Part shown: piece after piece, positions 41,776-51,690 of the stretch
How the letters are laid out: each line of letters opens with the position of its first letter
Numbering within the stretch: position 1 is the first letter of the stretch
From: Elusimicrobiota bacterium
GTDB lineage: Bacteria; Elusimicrobiota; Endomicrobiia; CG1-02-37-114; XYA2-FULL-39-19
NCBI GenBank assembly: GCA_018816525.1
Contig: JAHIVV010000054.1
Coordinates: 9,047-73,046 of the forward strand
Direction of reading: 5' to 3'
DNA: 64,000 nucleotides
Translations under genes and position numbers: made by a program
Notes under the pieces: model-generated
The model's input: only the letters and a program-made list of their open reading frames with translations
Told to the model about the DNA's origin: nothing
Databases searched by the model: none

Positions 41776-42870
41776 ATGAATATATTATTCGCTATACTTC
41801 TTGGAATAACCGTCGTTTTACTGATTTCACTGGTAATTTTGATGGTTCAGTCAAAACCTCAGGAAAAAAACGACCAGCCCTTCGTTCTTTTACAGCAACA
41901 GGTTGAATCTTTAAGGAAACAAGTAAATGATAGCATGCAATCAAATTCGCAAGCTATGGGGCAACAACTCAATTCTGTTATCGAAATAGTAAACAAGCAG
42001 CTCAATAATGTAAATAAAACGCTTGGTGACAGGCTGGAAAATACTTCAAGAGTTGTCGGAGAAGTTCAGAAAGGGCTCGGTTCTCTTTCACAATCAACCG
42101 AAAGAATCCTGGAAGTGGGCAAAGATATATCCTCTTTACAGGAAATTTTGAAAGCCCCGAAGCTAAGAGGATCATTGGGGGAACTATTTCTAAACGAATT
42201 ACTTTCCCAGATACTTCCCCCTGAAAATTTTGCCCAGCAATATAAATTTAAAAGCGGCGAAATCGTTGATGCAATAGTTAAAATAGGCAATAAGATTGTT
42301 TCAGTTGATTCAAAATTTCCGCTTGAGAATTTCGTCAAAATGCTCGAAGCTAAAACTGATGACGAAAAAAGGTCTTTGAGAAAGAAATTCATTACAGACG
42401 TGAAGAAACATATTGATTCAATAGCATCAAAATATATTCTTCCTGACGAAGGCACTTTTGATTTTGCTCTCATGTATATACCTGCAGAAAACGTATATTA
42501 TGAGACAATAATTAAAAACGACCTTCTTGACGAACGCGCTATATCTTCTTATGCTCTCGAGAAAAGAATAGTTCCAGTTTCTCCAAACTCGCTCTACGCA
42601 TATTTGCAGGTGATAGTGCTGGGTTTAAAGGGATTGCAGGTTGAAAAGAATGCTCAATCCATACTGGAAAATTTACAGCGCTTGAAAGGTGATTTTGAAC
42701 GTTTTAAAACGGAATTTGAAATTCTTGGGAAACATTTAAATAGCGCAAAATCCAAATATGAAGACTCCGACAAGCGCCTTATTAAATTCGAGGAGAGATT
42801 GGCCTCTTCAAGCGACAATGTAGCCGTGCCCGCAGGGACACCAGTACAAAAAAATCTACTGGATATCTGA
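41776..42870 (+). CDS. rmuC: DNA recombination protein RmuC
   Basis: N-terminal TM helix, long coiled-coil, then a C-terminal RmuC domain (KFPLENFVKMLEA...IPAENVYYE). Confidence 0.7.
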   Translation: MNILFAILLGITVVLLISLVILMVQSKPQEKNDQPFVLLQQQVESLRKQVNDSMQSNSQAMGQQLNSVIEIVNKQLNNVNKTLGDRLENTSRVVGEVQKGLGSLSQSTERILEVGKDISSLQEILKAPKLRGSLGELFLNELLSQILPPENFAQQYKFKSGEIVDAIVKIGNKIVSVDSKFPLENFVKMLEAKTDDEKRSLRKKFITDVKKHIDSIASKYILPDEGTFDFALMYIPAENVYYETIIKNDLLDERAISSYALEKRIVPVSPNSLYAYLQVIVLGLKGLQVEKNAQSILENLQRLKGDFERFKTEFEILGKHLNSAKSKYEDSDKRLIKFEERLASSSDNVAVPAGTPVQKNLLDI

Positions 42871-42892
42871 TCCAGATCTATGATCTCAGAGG

Positions 42893-42965
42893 GGCTCCAT
42901 CGACTAATGGTTTAGGTCGTAGCCCTCTCAAGGCTGAAATACGGGTTCGAATCCCGTTGGAGCCA
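42893..42965 (+). tRNA. tRNA, predicted anticodon CTC (tRNA-Glu)
   Basis: Hand-folded cloverleaf: acceptor GGCTCCA/TGGAGCC, D-stem GACT/GGTC, anticodon stem TAGCC/GGCTG with loop CTCTCAA (U33, A37), T-arm ACGGG-TTCGAAT-CCCGT, discriminator A, no encoded CCA. Confidence 0.6.
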
Positions 42966-42985
42966 TATAATTTAGACCTAACTAA

Positions 42986-43071
42986 GCCGGCGTGGTGGAA
43001 TGGCAGACACGCGGGTCTCAAAAACCCGTGTCCGTTATGCGGGCATGTCGGTTCAACTCCGACCGCCGGCA
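42986..43071 (+). tRNA. tRNA-Leu (anticodon CAA), type II with a long variable arm
   Basis: Acceptor GCCGGCG/CGCCGGC, anticodon stem CGGGT/ACCCG with loop CTCAAAA, an 18-nt variable arm, T-arm GTCGG-TTCAACT-CCGAC. 86 nt. Confidence 0.8.
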
Positions 43072-43093
43072 TTTTCAAAGTGATTTCTCAATT

Positions 43094-43936
43094 ATGTTAA
43101 GTTTTCCAGGTTTTATTTATCATTTAACGCCAGCTGTTGGAATTGAAACTATTGAGTTCAAGCATATAAGAGATAAAAAAGAACTCAAGGCAGTGATTTG
43201 GAAACCAAAAGGCAAGGGCCCTTTTCCTTTAATCGCTTTCGACGTAGGCTTGCAGTTTAGAATTTGGGAAATACCTGCTTCTGCCGAAATTATGGCCAGG
43301 GCTGGCTACGTAGTATTAGGAACGGAATACAGTCGTGTTGAAATAGCCAAAGGTGAAGTTCAGGCTATTATTAATGCAATAGAATATGCCCATAAAAATT
43401 TTCCATTTATCAGCCCTAAAACAGTACTTGTTGGAGTAAGCATGGGCGGGGCAACAATGCTCAATATCGCTTCGAAAGCAGGCGAAAGACTGAATGTAGA
43501 AGCAGTTATCGCAATGGGGCCTTTCGCTGATTTGGCCCGGGCATATTATTATACACAGGGGTATATCGAGGCCCATCCCCGAACCGATGAACGGGCCCGC
43601 CTTCTTAAACTTTATCAAAAATATGCTTTCACAACTCCTGCGAAAGAGCCAAAGGAGTTTGAGATACGTTCGCCGATGAACTTCGTAAAAAACATAAAAT
43701 GCCCTGTATATCTGATTCACGGTAAAGATGATGAGATCGTGTCGATGGACCATTCAATTGAACTTTATCATAAAATGAAAGAATTGAAAAAGGACGTGCA
43801 TCTCAAAATATTTCCAGGCGAAGGAATCCACACGCCTTTAAAATTAAAGTGTATGTTGACACGTTTTAATTTCTGGGGATTTTTCAGAACCTGGAATTAT
43901 GTTCACAAGATACTTACTAAACTAAGTTCTAAATGA
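43094..43936 (+). CDS. Alpha/beta hydrolase (dienelactone hydrolase / peptidase S9-like)
   Basis: Nucleophile elbow GVSMGGA. The catalytic His lies near the C-terminus (LIHGKDDEIV...IHTP). The track start 42992 overlaps tRNA-Leu, so the ATG at 43094 is preferred. Confidence 0.6.
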   Translation: MLSFPGFIYHLTPAVGIETIEFKHIRDKKELKAVIWKPKGKGPFPLIAFDVGLQFRIWEIPASAEIMARAGYVVLGTEYSRVEIAKGEVQAIINAIEYAHKNFPFISPKTVLVGVSMGGATMLNIASKAGERLNVEAVIAMGPFADLARAYYYTQGYIEAHPRTDERARLLKLYQKYAFTTPAKEPKEFEIRSPMNFVKNIKCPVYLIHGKDDEIVSMDHSIELYHKMKELKKDVHLKIFPGEGIHTPLKLKCMLTRFNFWGFFRTWNYVHKILTKLSSK

Positions 43937-43962
43937 CTGAGAAATTCCAAATAGGATAAAAT

Positions 43963-44922
43963 ATGAAAAAAATTAAAGATTTGTTATCTATTACCGACTT
44001 AAACAAACAGGAATTCACCAAGATTTTTGCGCTTTCCGTGGCCTTGAAAGACAAGGTAAAAAGAGGTATAAAATACCAGCCGCTTATCGGCAAAACACTT
44101 GCCATGATATTCCAAAAACCTTCCACCAGGACCAGGGCCTCATTTGAAGTAGGCATGACTCAGCTTGGAGGCCATGCAATATTCTTAAACAGCCAGGAAA
44201 CCCAGGTAAAAAGGGGGGAAACTTTTGCTGATACGGCAAGGACTTTATCCAGGTATGTGGACGGTATGATGGTACGCGCAAATACCCACCAGGATATCAT
44301 CGAACTTGCCAAATATTCCACAGTCCCGATAATAAACGGGCTAAGCGACATGGAACATCCTTGCCAGGTATTGGCCGATATTTTCACCATTCTTGAATAC
44401 AAAGTTAAAAGTATGGACGCAGAAAAATGGAAAAAGTACGGCCTTAATAATATCAAAATCACTTACGTAGGAGACGGGAACAATGTAGCAAATTCGCTTA
44501 TGCTGGCAACCTCAATTATGGGCATGAATCTTGTTGTCTGTACTCCTGCAGGTTACGAACCGCATCCGGGCATAATTGACAAAAGCAGGCAAATCTGCAG
44601 AAAATCAGGCGGTAAATTTCAACTTATAAGAAACCCTAAAGAAGCTGTAGAAAACAGCGACGTTCTTTATACGGATGTATGGACAAGCATGGGAAAAGAG
44701 AAAGAAAAGACTAAGCGTATCAAGATATTTGAAGATTACCAATTGAACGCAAGGCTTATATCAAATGCAAAACCAGGCGTCTTAGTAATGCATTGCCTGC
44801 CTGCTCACAGAGGAGAAGAAATAACCGGTGAAGTTATGGACGGCCCAAATTCAATAGTATTTGACCAGGCAGAAAACCGTTTGCATGTCCAAAAAGCCAT
44901 ACTTTTATATTTAATGAGGTAA
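43963..44922 (+). CDS. argF: Ornithine carbamoyltransferase (or a related transcarbamylase)
   Basis: Carbamoyl-phosphate motif STRTRASFE. HPCQ. HCLPAHRGEE, an OTCase-type motif. 319 aa. Confidence 0.65.
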   Translation: MKKIKDLLSITDLNKQEFTKIFALSVALKDKVKRGIKYQPLIGKTLAMIFQKPSTRTRASFEVGMTQLGGHAIFLNSQETQVKRGETFADTARTLSRYVDGMMVRANTHQDIIELAKYSTVPIINGLSDMEHPCQVLADIFTILEYKVKSMDAEKWKKYGLNNIKITYVGDGNNVANSLMLATSIMGMNLVVCTPAGYEPHPGIIDKSRQICRKSGGKFQLIRNPKEAVENSDVLYTDVWTSMGKEKEKTKRIKIFEDYQLNARLISNAKPGVLVMHCLPAHRGEEITGEVMDGPNSIVFDQAENRLHVQKAILLYLMR

Positions 44923-44928
44923 AACAAA

Positions 44929-45441
44929 ATGGCAGTATTACCGATAGTAAAATATCCGGATCCGATTCTCAAGAAAAAAACAAAAATAATTAAAAGCATA
45001 AATGCCAAGACAAAAAAACTCATTAAAGATATGAGCGATACACTCAAAAACGCTAAAGGGTTGGGCCTTGCGGCTAATCAGGTTGGCGTACCTATCAAAA
45101 TCCTTATTATTTCGATTCCGGATGAAAATAAAAATCAAGTTGAATTGGTCCTGATAAACCCGGAAATAACCCAAAAAAAAGACAGCTGCAGCCAGGAAGA
45201 AGGATGTTTATCATTCCCAGGGCTTTACTTGACAATAAAACGCGCTAAAAGCGTTGAAATCAAAGCAGTCGATGACAAAGGACAAATAATTGAGTTTATT
45301 GGGGACGGTTTATTGGCAAGAGTTCTTCAGCATGAAATTGACCACCTTGAAGGCAAGCAATTCATAGACAGGCTTTCAATTTTGTCGAAACTAAAAGTTA
45401 AAAGTGAAATTAAACGCAGAATAAAGGCAGGTACCTGGTAG
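44929..45441 (+). CDS. def: Peptide deformylase
   Basis: GLGLAANQVG, EGCLSFPG and QHEIDHLEG, the three canonical PDF motifs. Confidence 0.9.
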   Translation: MAVLPIVKYPDPILKKKTKIIKSINAKTKKLIKDMSDTLKNAKGLGLAANQVGVPIKILIISIPDENKNQVELVLINPEITQKKDSCSQEEGCLSFPGLYLTIKRAKSVEIKAVDDKGQIIEFIGDGLLARVLQHEIDHLEGKQFIDRLSILSKLKVKSEIKRRIKAGTW

Positions 45442-45454
45442 CTCCGTTAAGCTT

Positions 45455-46111
45455 TTACATAGCATCAACTAATCTATCCGCTTCTTCGGTAATTCTATTT
45501 AATTCATTTTCCAGCTCTAAGGCTTTTTCTTCCAAACTGTCGTTTTCATTTATTGTAATCGTATTACCATGGACAACTACGCATTTGCTAAACGGTACTG
45601 GAAACAGGTACTTATCCCAATTATTAAATATTTTCCTGTTTTTTGCAGAACTGGTTATGGGGATAATCGGGCGATTAATTTTCCTTGCTATGAATAAAAC
45701 TCCGTCTTTAACCTTGAAAACCGGCCCTTTAGGGCCGTCTACCGCAAAAGCTATATTGTTGCCTTCTTTAGCCAATTTTATCATATCAAGAGTGCCTTCA
45801 ATGGCGCCTCTTTTATTGTGCGACCCTCTGACAGGTTTATAACCCAATTTTTTAATTATATTTGTTTGTAATTCGCCGTCTCTGGAAAAACTTGTCATAA
45901 TGCAGATGTCTCTGAAACGATGGCTAAAGATGAGTAAAAACTGCCTTCCATGCCAGAAAGCGTAAATTACACCCTTGCTCTTCTCTTTTTCCTTTTTTAC
46001 AATGTCTTCATTTACAAATTTTATTTTGCAGGTATGGCCTATTAATTTCATCAAAAGGTAAGCGGTGAAAGAAAGGGTTTTGTCGCTAAGTTTGTTGAGG
46101 AAAAAATTCAT
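45455..46111 (-). CDS. DUF374-type lysophospholipid acyltransferase-like protein
   Basis: IYAFWHGRQFLL...FAVDGPKGP pattern of the DUF374/LPLAT family. 218 aa. Confidence 0.5.
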   Translation of the reverse strand: MNFFLNKLSDKTLSFTAYLLMKLIGHTCKIKFVNEDIVKKEKEKSKGVIYAFWHGRQFLLIFSHRFRDICIMTSFSRDGELQTNIIKKLGYKPVRGSHNKRGAIEGTLDMIKLAKEGNNIAFAVDGPKGPVFKVKDGVLFIARKINRPIIPITSSAKNRKIFNNWDKYLFPVPFSKCVVVHGNTITINENDSLEEKALELENELNRITEEADRLVDAM

Positions 46112-46719
46112 TTCTTAACTTTATTGATCCATCTGATTATTGCTGCGCAGCTATAAACCGGGTGAATTTGATTATTTTCGTCAATAGATACACCTATCCT
46201 CTGTGTATCCATTTTCTTGGTAACGCTTTTTTCAATATCGCCGGAGAGTTTTTCCAAGGGGAGCAATGTGCATTCTTCTTCTGCCGATTCTTCATTAATA
46301 ATCCTGTAAATGAAATTGAGGCTGCTGTTGCATGCTTCAAGCCCCAGACTATGGATGATTTCGGAATGCAAGGGTTTGCCGCTTTGCCTGGCAAGTTCTA
46401 TTTCTTTTTCAATTGTATTTCCGATTGTTACAACGATGACACTTACTGATATCGGTACAGGCTTTTGTTCAAAATCCTGGGGAGCTAATTCAAATTTACT
46501 CAGCGCTTCTGAAAGAGGGAACGTTTCGGTAACGCCCGCCGGAGATAAATAATTATTGGATTTTTCTATTTCTTTTAAGACTGCCTCATCAAGCTGGGGT
46601 GTAATTTCTTTTATCTCTGTTGTAAGTTTCAGGTTCCTGAATATTTCTTTTTTTCTTAGAGAAACCTTGAATTTCTTTATTTTCATTTTTTTCGTTTTGA
46701 ATTCTTGTACATAGTCCAT
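46108..46719 (-). CDS. Hypothetical protein
   Basis: 203 aa ORF, translationally coupled to the downstream DUF374 gene. No motif I can assign with confidence. Confidence 0.35.
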   Translation of the reverse strand: MDYVQEFKTKKMKIKKFKVSLRKKEIFRNLKLTTEIKEITPQLDEAVLKEIEKSNNYLSPAGVTETFPLSEALSKFELAPQDFEQKPVPISVSVIVVTIGNTIEKEIELARQSGKPLHSEIIHSLGLEACNSSLNFIYRIINEESAEEECTLLPLEKLSGDIEKSVTKKMDTQRIGVSIDENNQIHPVYSCAAIIRWINKVKK

Positions 46720-47594
46720 TCGTAAACCAGGGGACTAGCTACAAAAACGGTGGAATAGGTGCCTATAATACAACCAAACAAAAGGGCTAACGAAAAATCA
46801 TGAATAACATCTCCTCCAAAAAAGAATAGAGTCAGTAGTACCATTTCAACTGTTAAAGAAGTGATAATGGTCCTGGAAAGAGTCTGGTTTACGCTCACAT
46901 TTAAAATATTCCCTAACGATTCTTTTCTCAGCAATGAGATGTTTTCTCTAATTCTATCATAAATTACAATCGTATCATTTATTGAATATCCTGCAAGCGT
47001 GAGCAAAGCAGCAACAACGGTCAGTGTTATCTCTCTGTCAAATACAGAAAACATCCCAATAGTAATAACAACATCGTGTATCAATGCTAATACACCAGCA
47101 ATACCCCATATCGGCGATTTGAATCTGAATGCAACATAGACAATTATTCCAACAAAGGAAAGTAAAATCGCCCAAATGGCCTGTTTTGAAAGATGTTCGC
47201 TTACGCTGGGACCTACAAACTCGACGCGTTCAACTATAAAATCCTTCGTAGCATCAGATTTGCTCAATCCATCTTTTATTTGAGAAGAAATACTTTCTGC
47301 CGAAGCAGCTTGGCTATCTTTGACTCTTATATTAACCATATTTTTGTTAGGGAAACTCTGCAGCTCAAAGGAAGAAATCCCGGAATCATTTAATGCTTTT
47401 CTTACTGCTTCAATCTGGAAAGGTGCATTGAATTTTACTTCAACAAGCAAGCCTCCGCTAAAATCAATACCAAGATTAAGGCCGTGATGCAGTAAAATGG
47501 AGATGATAGTGATAAGTATTAGCGCTGTGGAAATACCAAAACAAATATACCTCTTACCGATAAAGTCAATGTTTGTGCTGTTTAATAGTCTCAT
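46683..47594 (-). CDS. secF: Protein translocase subunit SecF
   Basis: About 300 aa, six TM helices, conserved SecF regions (GIDFSGG, IHDVVITIG). Directly downstream of secD. Confidence 0.85.
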   Translation of the reverse strand: MRLLNSTNIDFIGKRYICFGISTALILITIISILLHHGLNLGIDFSGGLLVEVKFNAPFQIEAVRKALNDSGISSFELQSFPNKNMVNIRVKDSQAASAESISSQIKDGLSKSDATKDFIVERVEFVGPSVSEHLSKQAIWAILLSFVGIIVYVAFRFKSPIWGIAGVLALIHDVVITIGMFSVFDREITLTVVAALLTLAGYSINDTIVIYDRIRENISLLRKESLGNILNVSVNQTLSRTIITSLTVEMVLLTLFFFGGDVIHDFSLALLFGCIIGTYSTVFVASPLVYEWTMYKNSKRKK

Positions 47595-49012
47595 AATTTT
47601 ATTCTCTCCACCATTTTCTTTTTAAACATATAGTCATAAATGATTTTGGTTATAAAAATCGCCGTAAACATAGAAGTTATTATACCTAAAGTAAGAGTTA
47701 CTGCAAATCCCTTAATAGGCCCGGTTCCAAATTGGAACATAAAAGCTGCAGCTATAAGTGTAGTCAAATTAGAATCTACAATAGCTGAAAGCGCCCTTTC
47801 ATAGCCTAAATCAACGGCAACACGGCTCGTTTTACCCAAATCAAGCTCGTCACGCATCCTCTCCAAAATCAATACATTGGCATCAACTGCCATACCTAGG
47901 GAAAGTATTATACCTGCAATTCCAGGAAGTGTTAAAGTGGCATGAAAGACAGCCATGGCACCAAACAGTATAAAGAAATTCAAAAGTAATGCGATATTCG
48001 TGATAGTACCTGCAAGGGGCTTATAGTAAACAATCATAAAAATCATTACCAACAAAAGCCCTATAACACTAGCAAGTGTTCCTGCACGAATTGAATCTTC
48101 ACCCAATGAAGGGCCGACTGTTCTTTCCTCAATTATTCTTACCGGGGCAGGCAGGGCACCTGCACGAAGAACTGTAGCATAAAACTTCGCTTCTTCGATT
48201 GTAAAATTGCCTTCAATAACTGCTTTACCGTCAGGAATCCTTGTCCTAATAACTGGAGCAGATTGAACTACCCCATCTAACACGATAGCAAGATTTTTGT
48301 TAACATTAGCTTCAGTAACCCGTGAAAATATTTTTGCTCCGTCATTGTTGAATTCTATGCCGACTCTCGGAAGGCCGAATTCTCCGCCAAGTTCTACTTT
48401 TGCATTTACCAGGTAAGCGCCTGTAATTTCCGGGGATGATTTTACTAAGTAAAAACTGCCGTCATTTCTCCCTGACAGCATCATATAACCAGTTGGCATC
48501 ATTTTCAGTATTTCTTTTCTCGTAGATGCTTCTTCAAAACTGAGATTGAGTTCTTTCATTTTTGCCGATATATTGGGTAACTTGTCGGAAGTATCAACAA
48601 TCCTGAATTCAAGCAATGCTGTTTTACCTATGATTTCTTTGGCCCTTTCAGGGTCTTTTACTCCGGGTAATTGCACTGCAATCCATTTCTCGCCTTGTTT
48701 AGTGATAAGGGGTTCTGATACCCCGAATTGGTCAACCCTGTTTCTGACAATTTCAATAGCCCTCTCAAGTGCATCGGCAACACTGGTGTTTTTTTCAAGT
48801 TTTGAATCATCAATTTCGAGCAGAAGATATGTTCCGCCTTTCAAATCCAGACCCAAATTTATTACTTTTGATACGATTTTATCCCTGGACTTTTCTTTAT
48901 TTTCTCGTTCCTGCTGCCCCATACTGTACCATTGAATTGATGGGAAAAGGAAATATGTAGCTGCAGCCAGAACTCCTATAACCAGATAAATCCTCAACTG
49001 TAAATTTTTCAT
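47591..49012 (-). CDS. secD: Protein translocase subunit SecD
   Basis: 473 aa. N-terminal TM helix, a large periplasmic domain, a C-terminal six-TM bundle (GLDLKGG..., GIAGIILSLGMAVDANVLI). Confidence 0.85.
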   Translation of the reverse strand: MKNLQLRIYLVIGVLAAATYFLFPSIQWYSMGQQERENKEKSRDKIVSKVINLGLDLKGGTYLLLEIDDSKLEKNTSVADALERAIEIVRNRVDQFGVSEPLITKQGEKWIAVQLPGVKDPERAKEIIGKTALLEFRIVDTSDKLPNISAKMKELNLSFEEASTRKEILKMMPTGYMMLSGRNDGSFYLVKSSPEITGAYLVNAKVELGGEFGLPRVGIEFNNDGAKIFSRVTEANVNKNLAIVLDGVVQSAPVIRTRIPDGKAVIEGNFTIEEAKFYATVLRAGALPAPVRIIEERTVGPSLGEDSIRAGTLASVIGLLLVMIFMIVYYKPLAGTITNIALLLNFFILFGAMAVFHATLTLPGIAGIILSLGMAVDANVLILERMRDELDLGKTSRVAVDLGYERALSAIVDSNLTTLIAAAFMFQFGTGPIKGFAVTLTLGIITSMFTAIFITKIIYDYMFKKKMVERIKL

Positions 49013-49022
49013 ATTATCTCAC

Positions 49023-49370
49023 TCACGCTTTTTTTTCAGCTTCAATACCGGCCGGGTTTATAACCGTAGCAATAGCTGATTTTAGGATTTGAATTTTTGT
49101 ATTGTCATCAATCTTTAACTCAACAGCTTCAGGTTTTACGTTAATAACTGTTCCATAAATTCCGCCTGAAGTAATAACTTTATCGTCTTTTTTTAATGCG
49201 TTGAGCAATTTCTTATGCTCTTTCTCTCTTTTTTGCTGAGGCCTGATTAACAGGAAATAAAAAATGAAAAAGATAACTATAAGCGGCAAAAATCCGCCTA
49301 ATGCTCCCATTGGGCCTGCTGCCGGTACTGCTGCGCCTGGTGCTGCTTGTGCGTAAAGAAGTTCAATCAT
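49023..49370 (-). CDS. yajC: Preprotein translocase subunit YajC
   Basis: IVIFFIFYFLLIRPQQKREKEHKKLL...GGIYGTV is the YajC signature. The start was moved to the internal Met (MIELLY...), since the track's N-terminal extension MCNCKNNRK... is implausible. Confidence 0.75.
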   Translation of the reverse strand: MIELLYAQAAPGAAVPAAGPMGALGGFLPLIVIFFIFYFLLIRPQQKREKEHKKLLNALKKDDKVITSGGIYGTVINVKPEAVELKIDDNTKIQILKSAIATVINPAGIEAEKKA

Positions 49371-49500
49371 TGTGGTTTCCTCTCTTTTTTCCTTTCGATT
49401 ATTTTTACAATTGCACACGCAATGTTCAATCTGACGAGTTCATTTTTTTCACTGACAAATGCGTCATCTGCGTCATCCATTCAAAGTGTTTTTTTTAGCA

Positions 49501-50637
49501 TCAGCTGTTGTTTTTAGTGCCCAAATAATTTTCAATAAACTTTGCCTTTTCCTGATTGAAATTACCCTCAAGAATCGACTTTTTAATTAAATCGGTTAAT
49601 TTTAGCATAAAAAACACATTATGTAAAGATAATAGCTTTAAAGAAAGCAGCTCTCCGCAGCGGGAAATATGGTGAATATAAGCCCTGGAATACTCGACAC
49701 AAACAGGGCACTTGCAGCCTACTTCAAGCGGCCTGAAATCTTTCGCGTATTCCGCGTTACGGATATTGAGTTTGCCTGAGAAAGTCAACGCTTGCCCGTT
49801 TCGCCCGTTTCTTGTAGGTAAAACACAATCAAACATATCAATTCCCTGTTCAACATAGGACCAGATTTCTTCAGGAGTTCCTATTCCCATGGCATATCTG
49901 GGTTTGTTTTCAGGCAAAAGAGGCGTAATTTTATCAATAATTTCCTGTGAAATTTCCTGTGGCTCGCCTACCGCAAGGCCGCCGATCGCATAACCGTCAA
50001 AATCAAGATCAATGGTCCTTAAAGCGCTTTCTTTGCGCAAATCCAAATAGGTACTGCCCTGGATTATTCCATAAATCAATTGTTTCTGATTTGGCCGTTC
50101 GACATCTGAATTCATAAGCTGGCTTTTACATCTTTTTGCCCAATTTAAGGTCAATTCCATGGAATTCTTCGTATAGTCGTACGTTGAAGGGTAGGGGGGG
50201 CATTCATCGAAACACATCATAATGTCAGTTCCTAATTTTATCTGGATATCAACCACGCTTTCTGGGCTGAAAAAATGAGTGCTGCCGTCAACATGCGACT
50301 GGAACGACACTCCTTCGGAGCTTATTTTCCTTAAATCTGCCATGCTGTAAACCTGAAAACCGCCTGAGTCGGTTATAATACTTCTTTCCCAGTTAATAAA
50401 TTTATGAAGCCCTCCGGATAATTTTATTATTTCCAGGCCGGGCCTAAGGTATAAATGATAGGTATTAGCAATAAAAAGTTCAGTCCCGATTTTTCGAAGT
50501 TCATCATTTGAAATTGTTTTTACCGTACCCTGGGTGGCGACGGGCATAAAAACAGGAGTGGAAACCTCTCCGTGTGAAGTGGTGATTTTTCCAATACGCG
50601 CCTTTGTATTTTTTGATTTTGTTATTATCTGGAACAT
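49501..50637 (-). CDS. tgt: Queuine tRNA-ribosyltransferase
   Basis: N-terminal TSHGEVSTPVFMPVATQGTVK. Catalytic-Asp region. Zn site CKCPVC...H. 378 aa. Confidence 0.9.
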   Translation of the reverse strand: MFQIITKSKNTKARIGKITTSHGEVSTPVFMPVATQGTVKTISNDELRKIGTELFIANTYHLYLRPGLEIIKLSGGLHKFINWERSIITDSGGFQVYSMADLRKISSEGVSFQSHVDGSTHFFSPESVVDIQIKLGTDIMMCFDECPPYPSTYDYTKNSMELTLNWAKRCKSQLMNSDVERPNQKQLIYGIIQGSTYLDLRKESALRTIDLDFDGYAIGGLAVGEPQEISQEIIDKITPLLPENKPRYAMGIGTPEEIWSYVEQGIDMFDCVLPTRNGRNGQALTFSGKLNIRNAEYAKDFRPLEVGCKCPVCVEYSRAYIHHISRCGELLSLKLLSLHNVFFMLKLTDLIKKSILEGNFNQEKAKFIENYLGTKNNS

Positions 50638-50652
50638 TTTTTTATCTTCGGT

Positions 50653-51690
50653 TTATAGAATCAACATTGCATCGCCGTATGAATAAAAGCTGTAATTGTT
50701 TTCTATAGCGCTGCGATAAGCGTTTAAAATATTTTCTCTGCCAGCCAGGGCGCTTACTAAAACAATTGGCGTTGATTTAGGCAGATGAAAGTTAGTTATC
50801 ATGGCATCGACACATTTAAACTTATACCCGGGATAAATAAACAACCCCGTTTCTCCTATTGTTGGTTTTATTAGGCCGTCATTTTGCGAGACTGTTTCTA
50901 ATGTGCGGACTGCGCTGGTACCTGCGGCAAAAATTTTACCGCCTGATTTTTTCGCGCAATTTATCATTTCAGCTTGCTCGGTCCCAATTTCATATTTTTC
51001 CGGGAGCATCACATGTTTTGAAACATCTTCAGAAATAATAGGCCTGAACGTACCCCAGCCTATATGGAGGACAATTTCTGCTATTTTAACGCCTTTTTCT
51101 TTTAACTTTTTCAGGACATCTTCCGTAAAATGCAAACCGGCCGTCGGCGCGGCAATAGAACCAACTACTTTCGCATAAACAGTCTGATATTTTTTGTAAT
51201 CATCTTTTTTAAAAACGCTTTTCTCAGCTTTTCTTTTTATGTACGGAGGAAGGGGCATTTCTCCAAATTCATTAATTAGTTTAAAAACATCAATTCCGGG
51301 CTCAAATTCAAGAATAAATTCACCCGTATCGTTTTTTTCAAGAACTTTAGCGCTTATTTTCCCATCTGAAAAAAAGAGATTTTTATCAAGGATTTTTTGA
51401 CGGCAAAGCCCGGCCCAGCTGTTTTCGTTGATTTTTCGCAAAAACAGGATTTCGATATTTCCTCCTGTAGCTTTTTTGCAAAATACTTTTGCGGGGAAAA
51501 CTTTTGTCTTATTTATAACAAGGCAGTCTCCGGGTTTAATAAACTCGGTTATGTCCTTAAAAATACGATGCTGAATTGCCAGGGTTTTACGGTCTAAAAC
51601 GAGGAGTTTGCTTTCATCTCTTTTGTCTTTAGGAAATTGGGCGATAAAACTTTCAGGGAGAGTATATTCAAAATCGCTCATTCTTCCCAT
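50653..51690 (-). CDS. queA: S-adenosylmethionine:tRNA ribosyltransferase-isomerase
   Basis: MSDFEYTLPESFIAQFP and PLPPYI, canonical QueA motifs. The real start is probably the Met at 51681. Confidence 0.85.
   Translation of the reverse strand: MGRMSDFEYTLPESFIAQFPKDKRDESKLLVLDRKTLAIQHRIFKDITEFIKPGDCLVINKTKVFPAKVFCKKATGGNIEILFLRKINENSWAGLCRQKILDKNLFFSDGKISAKVLEKNDTGEFILEFEPGIDVFKLINEFGEMPLPPYIKRKAEKSVFKKDDYKKYQTVYAKVVGSIAAPTAGLHFTEDVLKKLKEKGVKIAEIVLHIGWGTFRPIISEDVSKHVMLPEKYEIGTEQAEMINCAKKSGGKIFAAGTSAVRTLETVSQNDGLIKPTIGETGLFIYPGYKFKCVDAMITNFHLPKSTPIVLVSALAGRENILNAYRSAIENNYSFYSYGDAMLIL

Noticed and set aside
42992-43093. N-terminal extension of the hydrolase ORF (MVEWQTRGSQ...)
   Set aside because: It overlaps tRNA-Leu(CAA). 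The start was moved to the ATG at 43094.
45430-45470. Possible bidirectional terminator at the convergent def / DUF374 junction
   Set aside because: There is only a weak 4-bp palindrome (AGCT...AGCT) and no T-run.
49461-49477. Direct repeat GCGTCATC-N1-GCGTCATC downstream of tgt
   Set aside because: It is short and single, with no hairpin or T-run. It is not part of a CRISPR-like array and is probably incidental.
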